Source: Eledone cirrhosa (Eukaryota). From it: a stretch of DNA of 64,000 nucleotides. A program made the translations under genes and the position numbers. Below, piece by piece: positions 12,999 to 25,265 of this stretch. Each line of letters opens with the position of its first letter. Positions within the stretch are counted from its first letter, which is position 1. The notes beneath the pieces were generated by a model, which did not search any database, had not been told where the DNA came from, and saw only the letters and a program-made list of their open reading frames with translations. The stretch covers positions 9,858,001 through 9,922,000 of the forward strand of contig OZ024763.1 of assembly GCA_964016885.1 (NCBI GenBank). Direction: 5' to 3'.

Positions 12999-13704
12999 AG
13001 ATAAGTTCTCCTTCATGTTTATTCACTTTCGCCAATCCATCGCTGCTTCAATTATTCCTACTACGGTGTACCTATGTAATCGTAACGTACAAAATTTTTC
13101 TCTATCTACTCCACGCTCAATTTCGTACATAGTCCAAACATCCAATCTCGCAAAATCCGAAATCTGTATTTTTTGTTATTTATTTAAGGTTTAAATACGG
13201 TGTTTTTGTCGTATTGAACAGAACAAATCTTGCAGTTTTGCTTTTTGTTAAATCGCTTGTTAAACATTCATAACCTTCCAGCTCCTCAATTCCTTAATTC
13301 TATCGTATTCTCCAATTCCTTAAATTCCTTAATTCTATCGTATCCCCAAACAAAAAACAAAATCCTTCCCATTCTTAATTCTATCGTATCGTCCAATTCC
13401 TTAATTCCATCGTATTCTCAAACAAAAAACAAAATCCTTCCCATTCTTAATTCTATCGTATCGTCCAATTCCTTAATTCTATCGTATTCTCAAACAAAAA
13501 ACAAAATCCTTCCCATTCTACTTCTTATAAATTACTTTAAATATATATATTATGCTACTTGAAAGTCAAAAAATCCGCTCTACACCCTTCACCCTCCAGC
13601 TACTCCACGAGGGGCTGCGGTCAGCCACAATCTCTCTCCCCCTTCCCCTATCTCTTTCTTCCCTTTCCCCTCTCTTCCCCTTCCCCTCTCTCTCTCTCTT
13701 AGCT

Positions 13705-13751
<47 letters not shown>

Positions 13752-16700
13752 AGATAAGTTCTCCTTCATGTTTATTCACTTTCGCCAATCCATCGCTGCT
13801 TCAATTATTCCTACTACGGTGTACCTATGTAATCGTAACGTACAAAATTTTTCTCTATCTACTCCACGCTCAATTTCGTATATAGTCCAAACATTCAATC
13901 TCGCAAAATCCGAAATCTGTATTTTTTGTTATTTATTTAAGGTTTAAATACGGTGTTTTTGTCGTATTGAACAGAACAAATCTTGCAGTTTTGCTTTTTG
14001 TTAAATCGCTTGTTAAACATTCATAACCTTCCAGCTAGCTACCCCATACCCCTCCTACCCGCCCCCACACACCACCATTCTTAATACGTGGACCAATCAT
14101 AAGCCAGAGCCCCCCCCCCACGCATCACCATTATTATTATAAGCCAGACCCCCCCCCCCCCCCACGCATCACCATTATTATTATTACGTGGACCAATCAT
14201 AAGCCAGAGGCCTATACTATCGCTTGCCCGGTTGCCTTCGATATATGATGGATGGACGGACGGACTGCGGAATCCTGGAGAGTGGAAGGGAGAGAAAAAT
14301 CTGGACGCTCAGAGCGAAAATGCCAAAGTTAAAGTCAAATTCACCTCGTGGACGAGAATGCGAGCACTCCTCTTTGTTTCGTCCGCGGATGGCTAACATA
14401 ACCCTATCTCCCCCCCGCCCCCCACCACCCCCACCCTCCAAACGCAACCCAAAACTTCAGAGTTGGTACCATAAATGTAGGCACCCTAAAGGGTCGCGCT
14501 AACGAGGTTGTAGAAATGCTTGAACGTAAGGAGGTCGATGTTTGTTGTATTCAAGAGACCAGGTGGAGGGGTGGGTCTGCTAGATTCATTGAGGGTAAAA
14601 AACGATGTTATAAGCTTTTCTGGGTGGGAAACGACGATGGGCTGGGTGGAGTAGGAATCATGGTAGCAGAAAAGTGGGCAGATAAGATAATAGACGTAAA
14701 AAGAGTGAACAACAGAATAATTAAAATACGACTTGTCCTCAATAGAACTACGGTGACAGTAATATCTGCGTACGCACCCCAATCTGGACTGCCCGGCACT
14801 ATAAAAGACAGATTCTATGAGACACTGTTGCTAACTACCTCCCAAATATCTGACAGTGACTATATAATTATTGCAGGCGACCTAAATGGTCACGTTGGAC
14901 AACATTGTGATGGCTACGACGAAATCCATGGAGGCTATGGGTTTGGTACTAGAAATGAGGAAGGCTCCAGAATCCTGGAATTCTGTGATGCAAATAACCT
15001 AACTATCTGTAACACTAACTTCAAAAAACGTGACAATCACCTGATCACCTATAGATCCGGGGAACACACAAGCCAGGTAGATTATATCCTTACCAGAAGA
15101 CGTGACAGAGTGTCTGTTGTAAACACTAAATCCCTCCCCCATGAAGAATGCACCTCCCAACATAGACTGATAATTAGCGACCTCATAGTCAGGACGAGAC
15201 GTACTCGACAGCAGAAGAAGACTATCCTCAGGAGGAAAATATGGAAGCTAAAGGACCCCACAGCCAGAAATAAATTTCAAAGCATATTACTTGATGCTTT
15301 TGACAGTAAGGAAGAGCATCTAGAATCGGACAATATAGAGGGACAGTGGGAATTTCTGAAAGCAAACCTGCTGTTGGCGACAGACGAAGTCTGTGGCTGG
15401 AGCAGGCCTGTAGGCAGGAGGAGAGTAACATGGTGGTGGAACAGTAAGGTGGAGGGGTCAATTAAGGCCAAAAAGCAGGCTTGGAAAGTATGGCGGGATG
15501 GGGGAAGTAGAGTAGACTATCAAGTGGCCAGGAGGGAAGCTAGGAGAGAAGTGTACTTAGCAAGAAGGGAAGCTGAGGAAAGAAAGTTCAAGCATGTTCT
15601 ACAACGCGATGACCAAAAACGTGAGGTGTTCAGGATTGCTAGGCAATGCGTCAAGGAAAACTGTGATATTGTCGGGGAGAAGTGTGTACTTAACGATGAT
15701 GGCATACTTGCCATCACCGACACTGATAAGAAGGTAGCTTGGAAGTGTCACTATGAAAGGCTACTAAATGAGGAGAATAAATGGGAGAAAGACAGTCTCC
15801 CCCATATTGACCCAATAGAGGGACCAGCAGTGTTAGTCGAGGGGAGTATAATAAGTAAGGCAATCAAGGATATGAAGACGGGTAAGGCGGCTGGGCTTTC
15901 GGAAATAGTTGCTGAGATGCTGAAGGCATCTGGGACGGTGGGACACACCATGGTCACCCGCATAGTTAACCAAGTCGTACAGAATGGGGTTGTTCCGAAG
16001 GACTGGCATAGCAGCATCATCGTTAACTGTTATAAGGGTAAAGGAGACGCCCTAGATAGGAGTAACTATAGAGGCATTAAATTAATCGACCAGGTCATGA
16101 AGGTCACGGAAAAAGTAATAGCGCAACTAATCAGAGAGAGAATTGACCTAGATGAAATGCAGTTCGGGTTTGTGTCAGGCAAAAGCACCACAGACGCTCT
16201 TTTCATAGTACGACAACTACAGGAGAAGTACCTAGCTAAAGGTAAACCCCTCTACTTAGCTTTTGTCGACCTGGAGAAAGCCTTCGACAGAGTCCCCCGC
16301 TCCATTATCTGGTGGGCTCTTAGAAAACTAGGCGTTGACGAATGGCTTGTGAGGGCTATACAAGCCATGTATAAAGAAACAGTCAGCAAGGTTAGAATTA
16401 ACAACGAATATAGTGAAGAGTTTAGCGTAAAAGTTGGCGTCCATCAGGGCTCTGTTCTCAGCCCCCTACTATTTATTATTGCCCTTCAGGCTATAACAGA
16501 GGAGTTCAAGACAGGCTGCCCATGGGAACTCCTATACGCAGACGACCTGACACTCATAGCGGAATCAATGGCCGAGCTAGAGAAGAAATTCCAAATATGG
16601 AAGCACGGCCTAGAGTCAAAAGGACTTAAAATTAACCTGGCTAAGACCAAAGTTCTAGTTTGTAGGAAAGAAAACAAGGCGGCGGTCCCTTCTGGGAAAT

Positions 16701-17857
16701 GGTCGTGCTCGGTGTGTAGGAAAGGCGTAGGTAGAAACTCCATTTTATGTCCTAAATGCAAAGTATGGGTGCATAAAAGATGTAGTGGGATCACAGGTAA
16801 GCTAACTAAGAACATAGATTTTACATGTGGCCGGTGTTCTGGTGCAATAAGTAGCAGCAAGTGCCCACAAAATACTAGCTCTTTCAATTGCGCAGAGGGT
16901 TCTATAGAAATAGTGGACAGCTTCCGTTACCTGGGCGATAAAATCAGCAGTGGGGGAGGGTGCTCTGAAAGTACTGTAGCTAGAGTCAGAACTGGTTGGA
17001 AAAAGTTCAGAGAGCTTATACCACTATTAGCTGCTAAAGGGTTCTCCCTAAAAATGAAAGGCAGGTTGTACGATGCCTGCATACGAACAGCAATGTTGCA
17101 TGGCAGTGAGACCTGGGCATTGTGTGCAGAGGATATACGCAGACTAGAGAGGAACGAAGCTTGCATGCTCCGCTGGATGTGTAACAGTAATATACGTGAA
17201 CGGCAAAGCATAAACGAACTAAGGAAAAAATTAGAGATAAGAGGGATCAGATGTTGTTTACTCGAGAGAAGGCTACGTTGGTATGGACACGTGATGCGCA
17301 TGAAAGTCGATAGCTGTATAACAAAGTGCAGGGCAATAAAGATAGACGGTAGCCACGGAATAGGCAGACCTAGAAAAACCTGGGATGAGCTGATAAACTC
17401 CGACATCACACACTTACACCTCTCCAAGACAATGTCACTGGACCGAGACCTTTGGCGGTACTCAGTAACAGAGAAGACCCGCCTTGCCAGTAGGCATCTC
17501 TAACAAAATACACCCCGTCCCGCCACCACCCCCACCCCATCCACACCACCCGTTCTATGTAAAGTTATGTTGGTGCCGCGCCATCCAGGCCGAAACAAAT
17601 GAGATCGTGTAGGTGTCACAACAAAAAAACACACAGTCCACGCTGTAATGTGGCCGTGTAGGCAACACGGTAAAAACCTCCCAGACCCACACTGTAAATG
17701 TGGTTGGTGTTAGGAAGGGCATCCAACTGTAGAAAACCTGCCAGACAGTCCTATGCGAGCAAGACAATCACTCTTGCCTCAAGTGGGACTACCCCCGTCC
17801 AAACCCATGCAAGCGTGGAACACGGACGTTAAACGTTGATGATGATGATGATGATGA

Positions 17858-17861
<4 letters not shown>
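12997..17861 (+). mobile_element. Near full-length RTE-clade LINE flanked by (TA)n; 5' boundary uncertain
   Basis: putative 5' UTR, long ORF, 3' UTR, (GAT)n tail. Confidence 0.88.
14402..17503 (+). CDS. LINE polyprotein: APE endonuclease, reverse transcriptase, PHD finger (first in-frame ATG at 14516)
   Basis: RVGTINVGTL, CIQETRW, GDLNGHVG, QFGF, FVDLEKAFDRV, GVHQGSVLSP, YADD; no stops over more than 1000 codons. Confidence 0.95.
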   Translation, partial: PYLPPAPHHPHPPNATQNFRVGTINVGTLKGRANEVVEMLERKEVDVCCIQETRWRGGSARFIEGKKRCYKLFWVGNDDGLGGVGIMVAEKWADKIIDVKRVNNRIIKIRLVLNRTTVTVISAYAPQSGLPGTIKDRFYETLLLTTSQISDSDYIIIAGDLNGHVGQHCDGYDEIHGGYGFGTRNEEGSRILEFCDANNLTICNTNFKKRDNHLITYRSGEHTSQVDYILTRRRDRVSVVNTKSLPHEECTSQHRLIISDLIVRTRRTRQQKKTILRRKIWKLKDPTARNKFQSILLDAFDSKEEHLESDNIEGQWEFLKANLLLATDEVCGWSRPVGRRRVTWWWNSKVEGSIKAKKQAWKVWRDGGSRVDYQVARREARREVYLARREAEERKFKHVLQRDDQKREVFRIARQCVKENCDIVGEKCVLNDDGILAITDTDKKVAWKCHYERLLNEENKWEKDSLPHIDPIEGPAVLVEGSIISKAIKDMKTGKAAGLSEIVAEMLKASGTVGHTMVTRIVNQVVQNGVVPKDWHSSIIVNCYKGKGDALDRSNYRGIKLIDQVMKVTEKVIAQLIRERIDLDEMQFGFVSGKSTTDALFIVRQLQEKYLAKGKPLYLAFVDLEKAFDRVPRSIIWWALRKLGVDEWLVRAIQAMYKETVSKVRINNEYSEEFSVKVGVHQGSVLSPLLFIIALQAITEEFKTGCPWELLYADDLTLIAESMAELEKKFQIWKHGLESKGLKINLAKTKVLVCRKENKAAVPSGKWSCSVCRKGVGRNSILCPKCKVWVHKRCSGITGKLTKNIDFTCGRCSGAISSSKCPQNTSSFNCAEGSIEIVDSFRYLGDKISSGGGCSESTVARVRTGWKKFRELIPLLAAKGFSLKMKGRLYDACIRTAMLHGSETWALCAEDIRRLERNEACMLRWMCNSNIRERQSINELRKKLEIRGIRCCLLERRLRWYGHVMRMKVDSCITKCRAIKIDGSHGIGRPRKTWDELINSDITHLHLSKTMSLDRDLWRYSVTEKTRLASRHL

Positions 17862-17925
<64 letters not shown>

Positions 17926-17988
17926 GTCCCTAGGCTCTGATACCATCAACACCATAAACACAGAGCTGGCATATCTAAGAACTGACTA

Positions 17989-18044
17989 ACTGCCTGATGA
18001 GGTCATAGCCTTTCAATAGCTATCATCGAAATATATATAGCAGT
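17989..18044 (+). ncRNA. Minimal type I hammerhead ribozyme
   Basis: stem I ACTGC/GCAGT, CTGATGA, stem II, GAAA, palindromic stem III, AUA site. Confidence 0.8.
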
Positions 18045-18820
18045 AAATAAAGGATTATGAGTTCATGCAATTGACTTGTTTCGTCACTATATATATATGA
18101 AAACCACAGACCCTCCATCTCAACTCTAATTTTGAAAAGCAGAAGAACTGCGAAACCGGTAAAGGAACCAAATAAATATATATATTTTTTTTAAATAAGA
18201 CTCCAGTTGCATTTTCGATTTCATCTTTTTTTCTTTATACTTTCACTCGTGTAGGACACCTCGGTTATTTTTCATTTTGTAAAAAAAACCTCACTTTCTA
18301 ATATATATATATATAAATATAAATTAGAGAGAATCGTATTTCAGCTATTGGAAATTAGCGAAAAACAACTTCCGAGATGTGTGGCCAGCGCTCAATAGAA
18401 GCTAGTGAACTAGAGCTACAACATAAGTTAAAAGGCCAAACACACTGAGATGATGGTTAAACCATTATCCGCACAGCCATAGAAACGACCAAGTAATTCG
18501 GGTCAAACAAATAAAAAAATGTGATTGAAAAATTTACCCGGACCCCTGGAAGGTTGGTAAAATCCAACATTTGGGTTTCTGCGACTCCTAAATCAAGTAC
18601 TGTCTGCTTAGACAAATAATGTTAAGCTTTTGGTAAGATGATTGAACAAGGACGTCACTTTCTCAACAGTGGAGTTAACCAAAAATAGTTACTACTGCCA
18701 AGTATATACACACACCCACACATATATATACATACATTTACACACAATATATATATATGTATATGTTATTGTTGTTTTTGTTGACGATGATGATGATGTT
18801 TCGCATTTTATTCCTCACAG

Positions 18821-19026
18821 TCCTGCAATTTGGTTTCATAACCATATTTGTGGCAGCATTTCCTCTGGCGCCACTGTTTGCACTGTTAAACAATTGGGTG
18901 GAGATACGTTTAGATGGCCAGAAATATGTGATGCAGACACGTCGGCCTGTAGCAGAGAGGGCTGAAGACATCGGGGTTTGGTTCTCAATCCTCAATGCTT
19001 TGGCACATATGGCGGTTATTAGCAAC
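18821..19026 (+). CDS. ANO7: Anoctamin-7-like exon, [32 protein letters not shown]...AVISN
   Basis: cacag acceptor, gtaagc donor; hallmark [17 protein letters not shown]. Confidence 0.96.
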
Positions 19027-19680
19027 GTAAGCAATTTTTGATTTTGACTTTGTTGTTATTGTTGTTGCTTTTCTTTGGGTGGAGATAGGGGTGTATTTTT
19101 CAGCCCACAGCAGAGAAGGCCACATCTGGATTTGGTTCTGATATATGGCAGTTATTATTAATTTGAATAACTTTTGACCTTCACTGTTGTTATTTGGGTT
19201 GTTTGTTGTTTTTTTAATTTTCTTTTTTGTTATGTGTTTTTTTTTTAGGTTTTGGGGGCGGGGTTGTCCTGCACTGTGTGTATCCAGTTTAGAATAGTTA
19301 CATTGTATCACTGCATATTGTAAAAGTGGGGTCCAGGAAGGACAACTAGCAGTAAATATATTACTTCAAAAAGGACCCCAGGATAAGTATCAAACCTAGC
19401 ATGGAGGCTTTTTAAACTAACTCCTGTTTTAGCAGAGAAAGTTGTCTAAAATGTTTCTTATTGAAGTGCTATTATTATTGTTGTGTGGTTTGAAATAAGT
19501 ACACCATATACTTGCATGTCATAAGAAGCTGTTAAAATAGTTGGAGCCAAGAAAGGAGTCCACAAACATAACTTTATTAATATTTGATGAAGAGACCTAA
19601 CATTAATTATTCTGTTTGTTTAATAACAGGTCGTGTACTAGTATAAATAAAGTTGTTCTTTTGTTCTCAAAATATTGCAG

Positions 19681-19814
19681 GCATTCTTGATTGCGTTCAC
19701 ATCTGAATTCCTCCCAAAGTTACTCTACCAGTACACCCACCATTATGAACTGGAAGGGTACACCAATTTCACTTTAGCATATTCCCCAAATGGCACTATC
19801 TCTGAAGAATGCAG
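19681..19814 (+). CDS. ANO7: Anoctamin-7-like exon, AFLIAFTSEFLPKLLYQY...EECR
   Basis: ttgcag acceptor, gttagt donor; continues the reading frame. Confidence 0.92.
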
Positions 19815-19914
19815 GTTAGTATTGTAACTCTCATCAACAGTAAATAACTAAGAAGGCTGGAAAGAATGAAAGGGTGCATGTGGGAGAAATGCCATGATTT
19901 ATGGAAGTGAGATA

Positions 19915-20345
19915 TGGGTGAGAAGAGTGGAGGTAGTAGTGGTGGGTGTGAGAAGTGTAGAGGTGGTGGGTGTGAGGGGAGTAGAGGTGGTGGTGGAGGT
20001 GAGAGTAGTGGAGGTGGTGGTGGGTGAGAGGGGAGTGGAGGTGGTGGTGGGTGTGAGAAGTGTAGAGGTGGTGGTGGAGGTGAGAGGAGTAGAGGTGGTG
20101 GTGGGTGTGAGAAGTGTAGAGGTGGTGGTGGGTGTGAGGGGATTGGAGGTAGTGGTGGAGGTGAGAAGAGTAGAGGTGGTGGTGGAGGTGAGAGTAGAGG
20201 TGGTGGTGGAGGTGAGAGGAGTAAAGGTGGTGGTGTAGGTGAGAGGAGTGGAGGTGGTGGTGGAAGTGAGAAGTGTAGAGGTGGTGGTGGAGGTGAGAGG
20301 AGTAGAGGTGGTGGTGTAGGTGAGAGGAGTGAAGGTGGTGGTGGG
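19915..20345. repeat. G-rich ~27-bp minisatellite
   Basis: GAGGTGGTGGTGG..GTGAGA units. Confidence 0.9.
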
Positions 20346-20556
20346 TGTTTACTTTGTTCTTTATATGGTCACCATTCTACCAGGTCTGCTATGAGATTCT
20401 GAATAAAGTTTTGTCCCCTACCCCAAGTACCACAATTGTCACTGTCTCTTCTTTCCACTCTCTATTTCACTGTCCCCTCCACATCCACTCTACCCCTCCC
20501 ACTCCCATCATTGCCCCTTCCTTTCTGGCCAGACAATTGCTCAATTGTCAATTGTC

Positions 20557-22018
20557 AGTGTCATGATAAAATGCACCTAGTCTACTCTGTATAATGGTAG
20601 TGGTGGTGTCATGATAAAATGCACCTAGTCCACTCTGTATAATGGTAGTGGTGGTGTCATGATAAAATGCACCTAGTCCACTCTGTATAATGGTAGTGGT
20701 GGTGTCATGATAAAATGCACCTAGTCCACTCTGTAAAATGGTAGTGGTGGTGTCATGATAAAATGCACCTAGTCCACTCTGTATAATGGTAGTGGTGGTG
20801 TCATGATAAAATGCACCTAGTCCACTCTGTAAAATGGTAGTGGTGGTGTCATGATAAAATGCACCTAGTCCACTCTGTAAAATGGTAGTGGTGGTGTCAT
20901 GATAAAATGCACCTAGTCCACTCTGTAAAATGGTAGTGGTGGTGTCATGATAAAATGCACCTAGTCCACTCTGTATAATGGTAGTGGTGGTGTCATGATA
21001 AAATGCACCTAGTCTACTCTGTATAATGGTAGTGGTGGTGTCATGATAAAATGCACCTAGTCTACTCTGTATAATGGTAGTGGTGGTGTCATGATAAAAT
21101 GCACCTAGTCTACTCTGTATAATGGTAGTGGTGGTGTCATGATAAAATGCACCTAGTCCACTCTGTATAATGGTAGTGGTGGTGTCATGATAAAATGCAC
21201 CTAGTCCACTCTGTATAATGGTAGTGGTGGTGTCATGATAAAATGCACCTAGTCTACTCTGTATAATGGTAGTGGTGGTGTCATGATAAAATGCACCTTG
21301 TCCACTCTGTATAATGGTAGTGGTGGTGCCATGATAAAATGCACCTAGTCCACTCTGTAAAATGGTAGTGGTGGTGTCATGATAAAATGCACCTAGTCCA
21401 CTCTGTATAATGGTAGTGGTGGTGTCATGATAAAATGCACCTAGTCTACTCTGTATAATGGTAGTGGTGGTGTCATGATAAAATGCACCTAGTCTACTCT
21501 GTATAATGGTAGTGGTGGTGTCATGATAAAATGCACCTTGTCCACTCTGTATAATGGTAGTGGTGGTGCCATGATAAAATGCACCTAGTCCACTCTGTAA
21601 AATGGTAGTGGTGGTGTCATGATAAAATGCACCTAGTCCACTCTGTAAAATGGTAGTGGTGGTGTCATGATAAAATGCACCTAGTCCACTCTGTAAAATG
21701 GTAGTGGTGGTGTCATGATAAAATGCACCTAGTCCACTCTGTAAAATGGTAGTGGTGGTGTCATGATAAAATGCACCTAGTCCACTCTGTAAAATGGTAG
21801 TGGTGGTGTCATGATAAAATGCACCTAGTCCACTCTGTATAATGGTAGTGGTGGTGTCATGATAAAATGCACCTAGTCCACTCTGTAAAATGGTAGTGGT
21901 GGTGTCATGATAAAATGCACCTAGTCCACTCTGTATAATGGTAGTGGTGGTGTCATGATAAAATGCACCTTGTCCACTCTGCAAAATGGTAGTGGTGGTG
22001 TCATGATAAAATGCACCC
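20557..22018. repeat. 48-bp minisatellite, about 30 copies, derived from the RTE 3' tail
   Basis: 16-aa period in ORF track; runs into the tail CTAACCCATGCC...AAACGG. Confidence 0.95.
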
Positions 22019-22452
22019 ATCTAACCCATGCCAGTGTGGAAAAAAGACATAAAACGGTGGTGGGGTTTAAGTGACAGACATGGTGATGATGATGGTGGTA
22101 TTGATGATGGTGATGATGATGGTAGTGGTAATGGTCATGGTGGTGATGTGGTGAAGGTGTGGTGATGGTTCTGGTGAGGATGATGATGCTAGTGGTAGTG
22201 GTGTGGTGATACCTTTGATGATGATGGGGAAGATGGTGGTGATGATGATGATGATGGTGATGGTGATGGTTCTGGTGATGATGATGGTGATGATGATGAT
22301 GATGATGATGATGATGGTGTGGTGATGGTTCTGGTGATGATGATGGTGATGAAGATGATGATGATAATAATGGTAATGGTGGTGGTGGTGGTGGTGGTGG
22401 TGATGTGGTGATGGTTCTGGTGATGATGATGATGATGACATTTCATATTCAG

Positions 22453-22543
22453 ATATTATGCATTCCGGAACAAGGAAGGACACTATACGATATTCTTCTG
22501 GAGACTTCTAGCATTGCGGTTATCATTTGTAATTATATTTGAA
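22453..22543 (+). CDS. ANO7: Anoctamin-7-like exon, YYAFRNKEGHYTIFFWRLLALRLSFVIIFE
   Basis: ttcag acceptor, gtaagt donor; W.LLA.RL.FVI.FE motif. Confidence 0.92.
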
Positions 22544-23033
22544 GTAAGTCAAGTTAATTTCCTCCTCTTCCTTTTTTATTATAAGCTGTATGGTGAAATC
22601 AGTAGAGTGCCGAAGAGAATGTCTTGTTACATTTTGTGGTGTTCATTTACATTCTAATTTCAAATTTCTTCTGGTTTGAAACCACTCTTCATTATTGCAA
22701 GGTGTTACAATAAAATACACCCTGTCCATTCTGTAAGGTGGTAGTGCTGGTGCCATAATAAAATACACCCTGTCCATTCTGTAAGGTGGTAGTGCTGGTG
22801 CCATAATAAAATACACCCTGCCCACCACGCTGTAAAGTGTTCATGCTAATGCCACAACAAAACACATCCAGTACACTATAAAGTGGTAATGCTGGTGCCA
22901 TGATAAAATACATCCACGCCACTCTGTAAAGTGGTAGTGGTGGTGCCATAAAAAATAACATTTGATAGAGAAAGTTACATGAGAACATTCTGCTATGAAA
23001 TTCACTATACAGATGCCATGTTTTCTTCCATAG

Positions 23034-23165
23034 CATATAGTATTTTCTACATTTAAACTCATTGATATTGCGGTACCAGACATACCAGAGAGTCTGGAGA
23101 CAAAGATCAAGAGAGAGCGGTACCTGGCTAAACAGGCCCTAGCAGACACAGATGCAATGTTTAAG
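23034..23165 (+). CDS. ANO7: Anoctamin-7-like exon, HIVFSTFKLIDIAVPDIPESLETKIKRERYLAKQALADTDAMFK
   Basis: ccatag acceptor, gtaaga donor; VPDIPES...KRE.YLAKQALA resembles ANO7. Confidence 0.92.
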
Positions 23166-23654
23166 GTAAGAAACATTTTTTTCCTTCTAGTGTGGAAATC
23201 TTGTTTGGACTTGTTTAGTTCAGTTTCAGTCAGTTTAGTTTGGTTTAGTCCAGGTTCAGCCAGTTCAGTTCTGTTGGGTTTCAGCCAGTTTGGTTTGATT
23301 TGGCTTATATATTTCTTCTCTCCATGTTCAAATGAAGGGTAAATGTATGTTGAATGTGTCAGAAGTGCCCTGACTTATACCACTGAGACATGGGGTGAAG
23401 CAGCAAATAGGGTGCAAAGAATGGAAGGAAAAGGTGTATGCTGTATATGTTGGTGTGTGCCATGATTTATGGGAGTAAAGCATGGTGAATAAATACTGTG
23501 AAGATAAATGTAAGGAAATGATTAGATGATGTGTTGAGGTAGAATGAAATTTAATGGCTGAGAGAGGAGTGACGGGAATGAAAGTAAAAAAACATAGAGA
23601 AAGGAAAGAGCAACTGAGAAATATAAGGTAGACAGGTACTGCAGTTGACAGATA

Positions 23655-25265
23655 TACTAGACATATCTAGTAGAGAGATGTAGTAGACAGATGTAGTAGA
23701 CAGGTGTAGTAGACAGGTGTAGAAGACAGATCTAGTAGAGAGATGTAGTAGACAGATGTAGTAGACAGATGTAGTAGACAGATGTAGAAGACAGATGTAG
23801 TAGACAGATGTAGAAGACAGATGTAGTAGACAGATGTAGAAGACAGATATAATAGACAGATGTAGTAGATAGATGTAGTAGTAGACAGATGTAGTAGACA
23901 GGTGTAGAAGACAGATGTAGTAGACAGATGTAGTAGACAGATATAGTAGACAGATGTAGAAGACAGATGTAGTAGACAGATTTAGTAGTAGACAGATGTA
24001 GAAGACGGATGTAGTAGACAGATGTAGAAGACAGATGTAGTAGACAGATGTAGAAGACAGATATAATAGACAGATGTAGAAGACAGATGTAGTAGACAGA
24101 TTTAGTAGTAGACAGATGTAGAAGACGGATGTAGAAGACAGATGTAGTAGACAGATGTAGTAGACAGATATAGTAGACAGATGTAGAAGACAGATGTAGT
24201 AGACAGATTTAGTAGTAGACACATGTAGAATACGGATGTAGTAGACAGATGTACTAGACAGATGTAGTGGACAGATGTAGTAGTATACAGATGTAGAAGA
24301 CAGATGTAGTAGAAAGATGTAGTAGACAGATGTAGTAGACAGATGTAGAAGACAGATGTAGTAGACAGATGTAGAAGACAGATGTAGTAGACAGATGTAG
24401 AAGACAGATGTAGAAGACATGTAGTAGACAGGTGTAGAAGACAGATGTAGTAGACAGATGTAGAAGACAGATATAGTAGACAGATGTAGTAGATAGATGT
24501 AGTAGACAGATGTAGTGGACAGATGTAGTAGTATACAGATGTAGAAGACAGATGTAGTAGAAAGATGTAGTAGACAGATGTAGAAGACAGATGTAGTAAC
24601 CAGATGTAGTAAACAGATGTAGTAGACAGATGTAGTAGAAAGATGTAGAAGACAGATGTAGTAGACAGATGTAGTAGACAGATGTAGAAGACAGATATAG
24701 TAGACAGATGTAGTAGATAGATGTAGTAGTAGACAGATGTAGTAGACAGATGTAGTAGACAGGTGTAGAAGACAGATGTAGTAGACAGATGTAGTAGACA
24801 GATATAGTAGACAGATATAGTAGACAGATGTAGAAGACAGATGTAGTAGACAGATTTAGTAGTAGACAGATGTAGAAGACGGATGTAGTAGACAGATATA
24901 GTAGACAGATGTAGTAGACAGGTGTAGTAGATAGATGTAGTAGACAGATGTAGTGGACAGATGTAGTAGTATACAGATGTAGAAGACAGATGTAGTAGAA
25001 AGATGTAGTAGACAGATGTAGTAGACAGATGTAGAAGACAGATGTAGTAACCAGATGTAGTAGACAGATGTAGTAAACAGATGTAGTAGACAGATGTAGT
25101 AGAAAGATGTAGAAGACAGATGTAGTAGACAGATGTAGAAGACAGATGTAGTAGACAGATGTAGTAGTAGACAGATGTAGTAGACAGATGTAGTAGACAG
25201 ATGTAGTAGACAGATGTAGTAGACAGATGTAGAAGACAGATGTAGTAGACAGATGTAGAAGACAC
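23655..25265. repeat. 13-bp satellite (GATGTAGTAGACA)n
   Basis: direct tandem repeat with variants. Confidence 0.95.

Noticed and set aside
22067-22483. His/Ile-rich ORF
   Set aside because: Degenerate (GAT/GGT)n trinucleotide repeat
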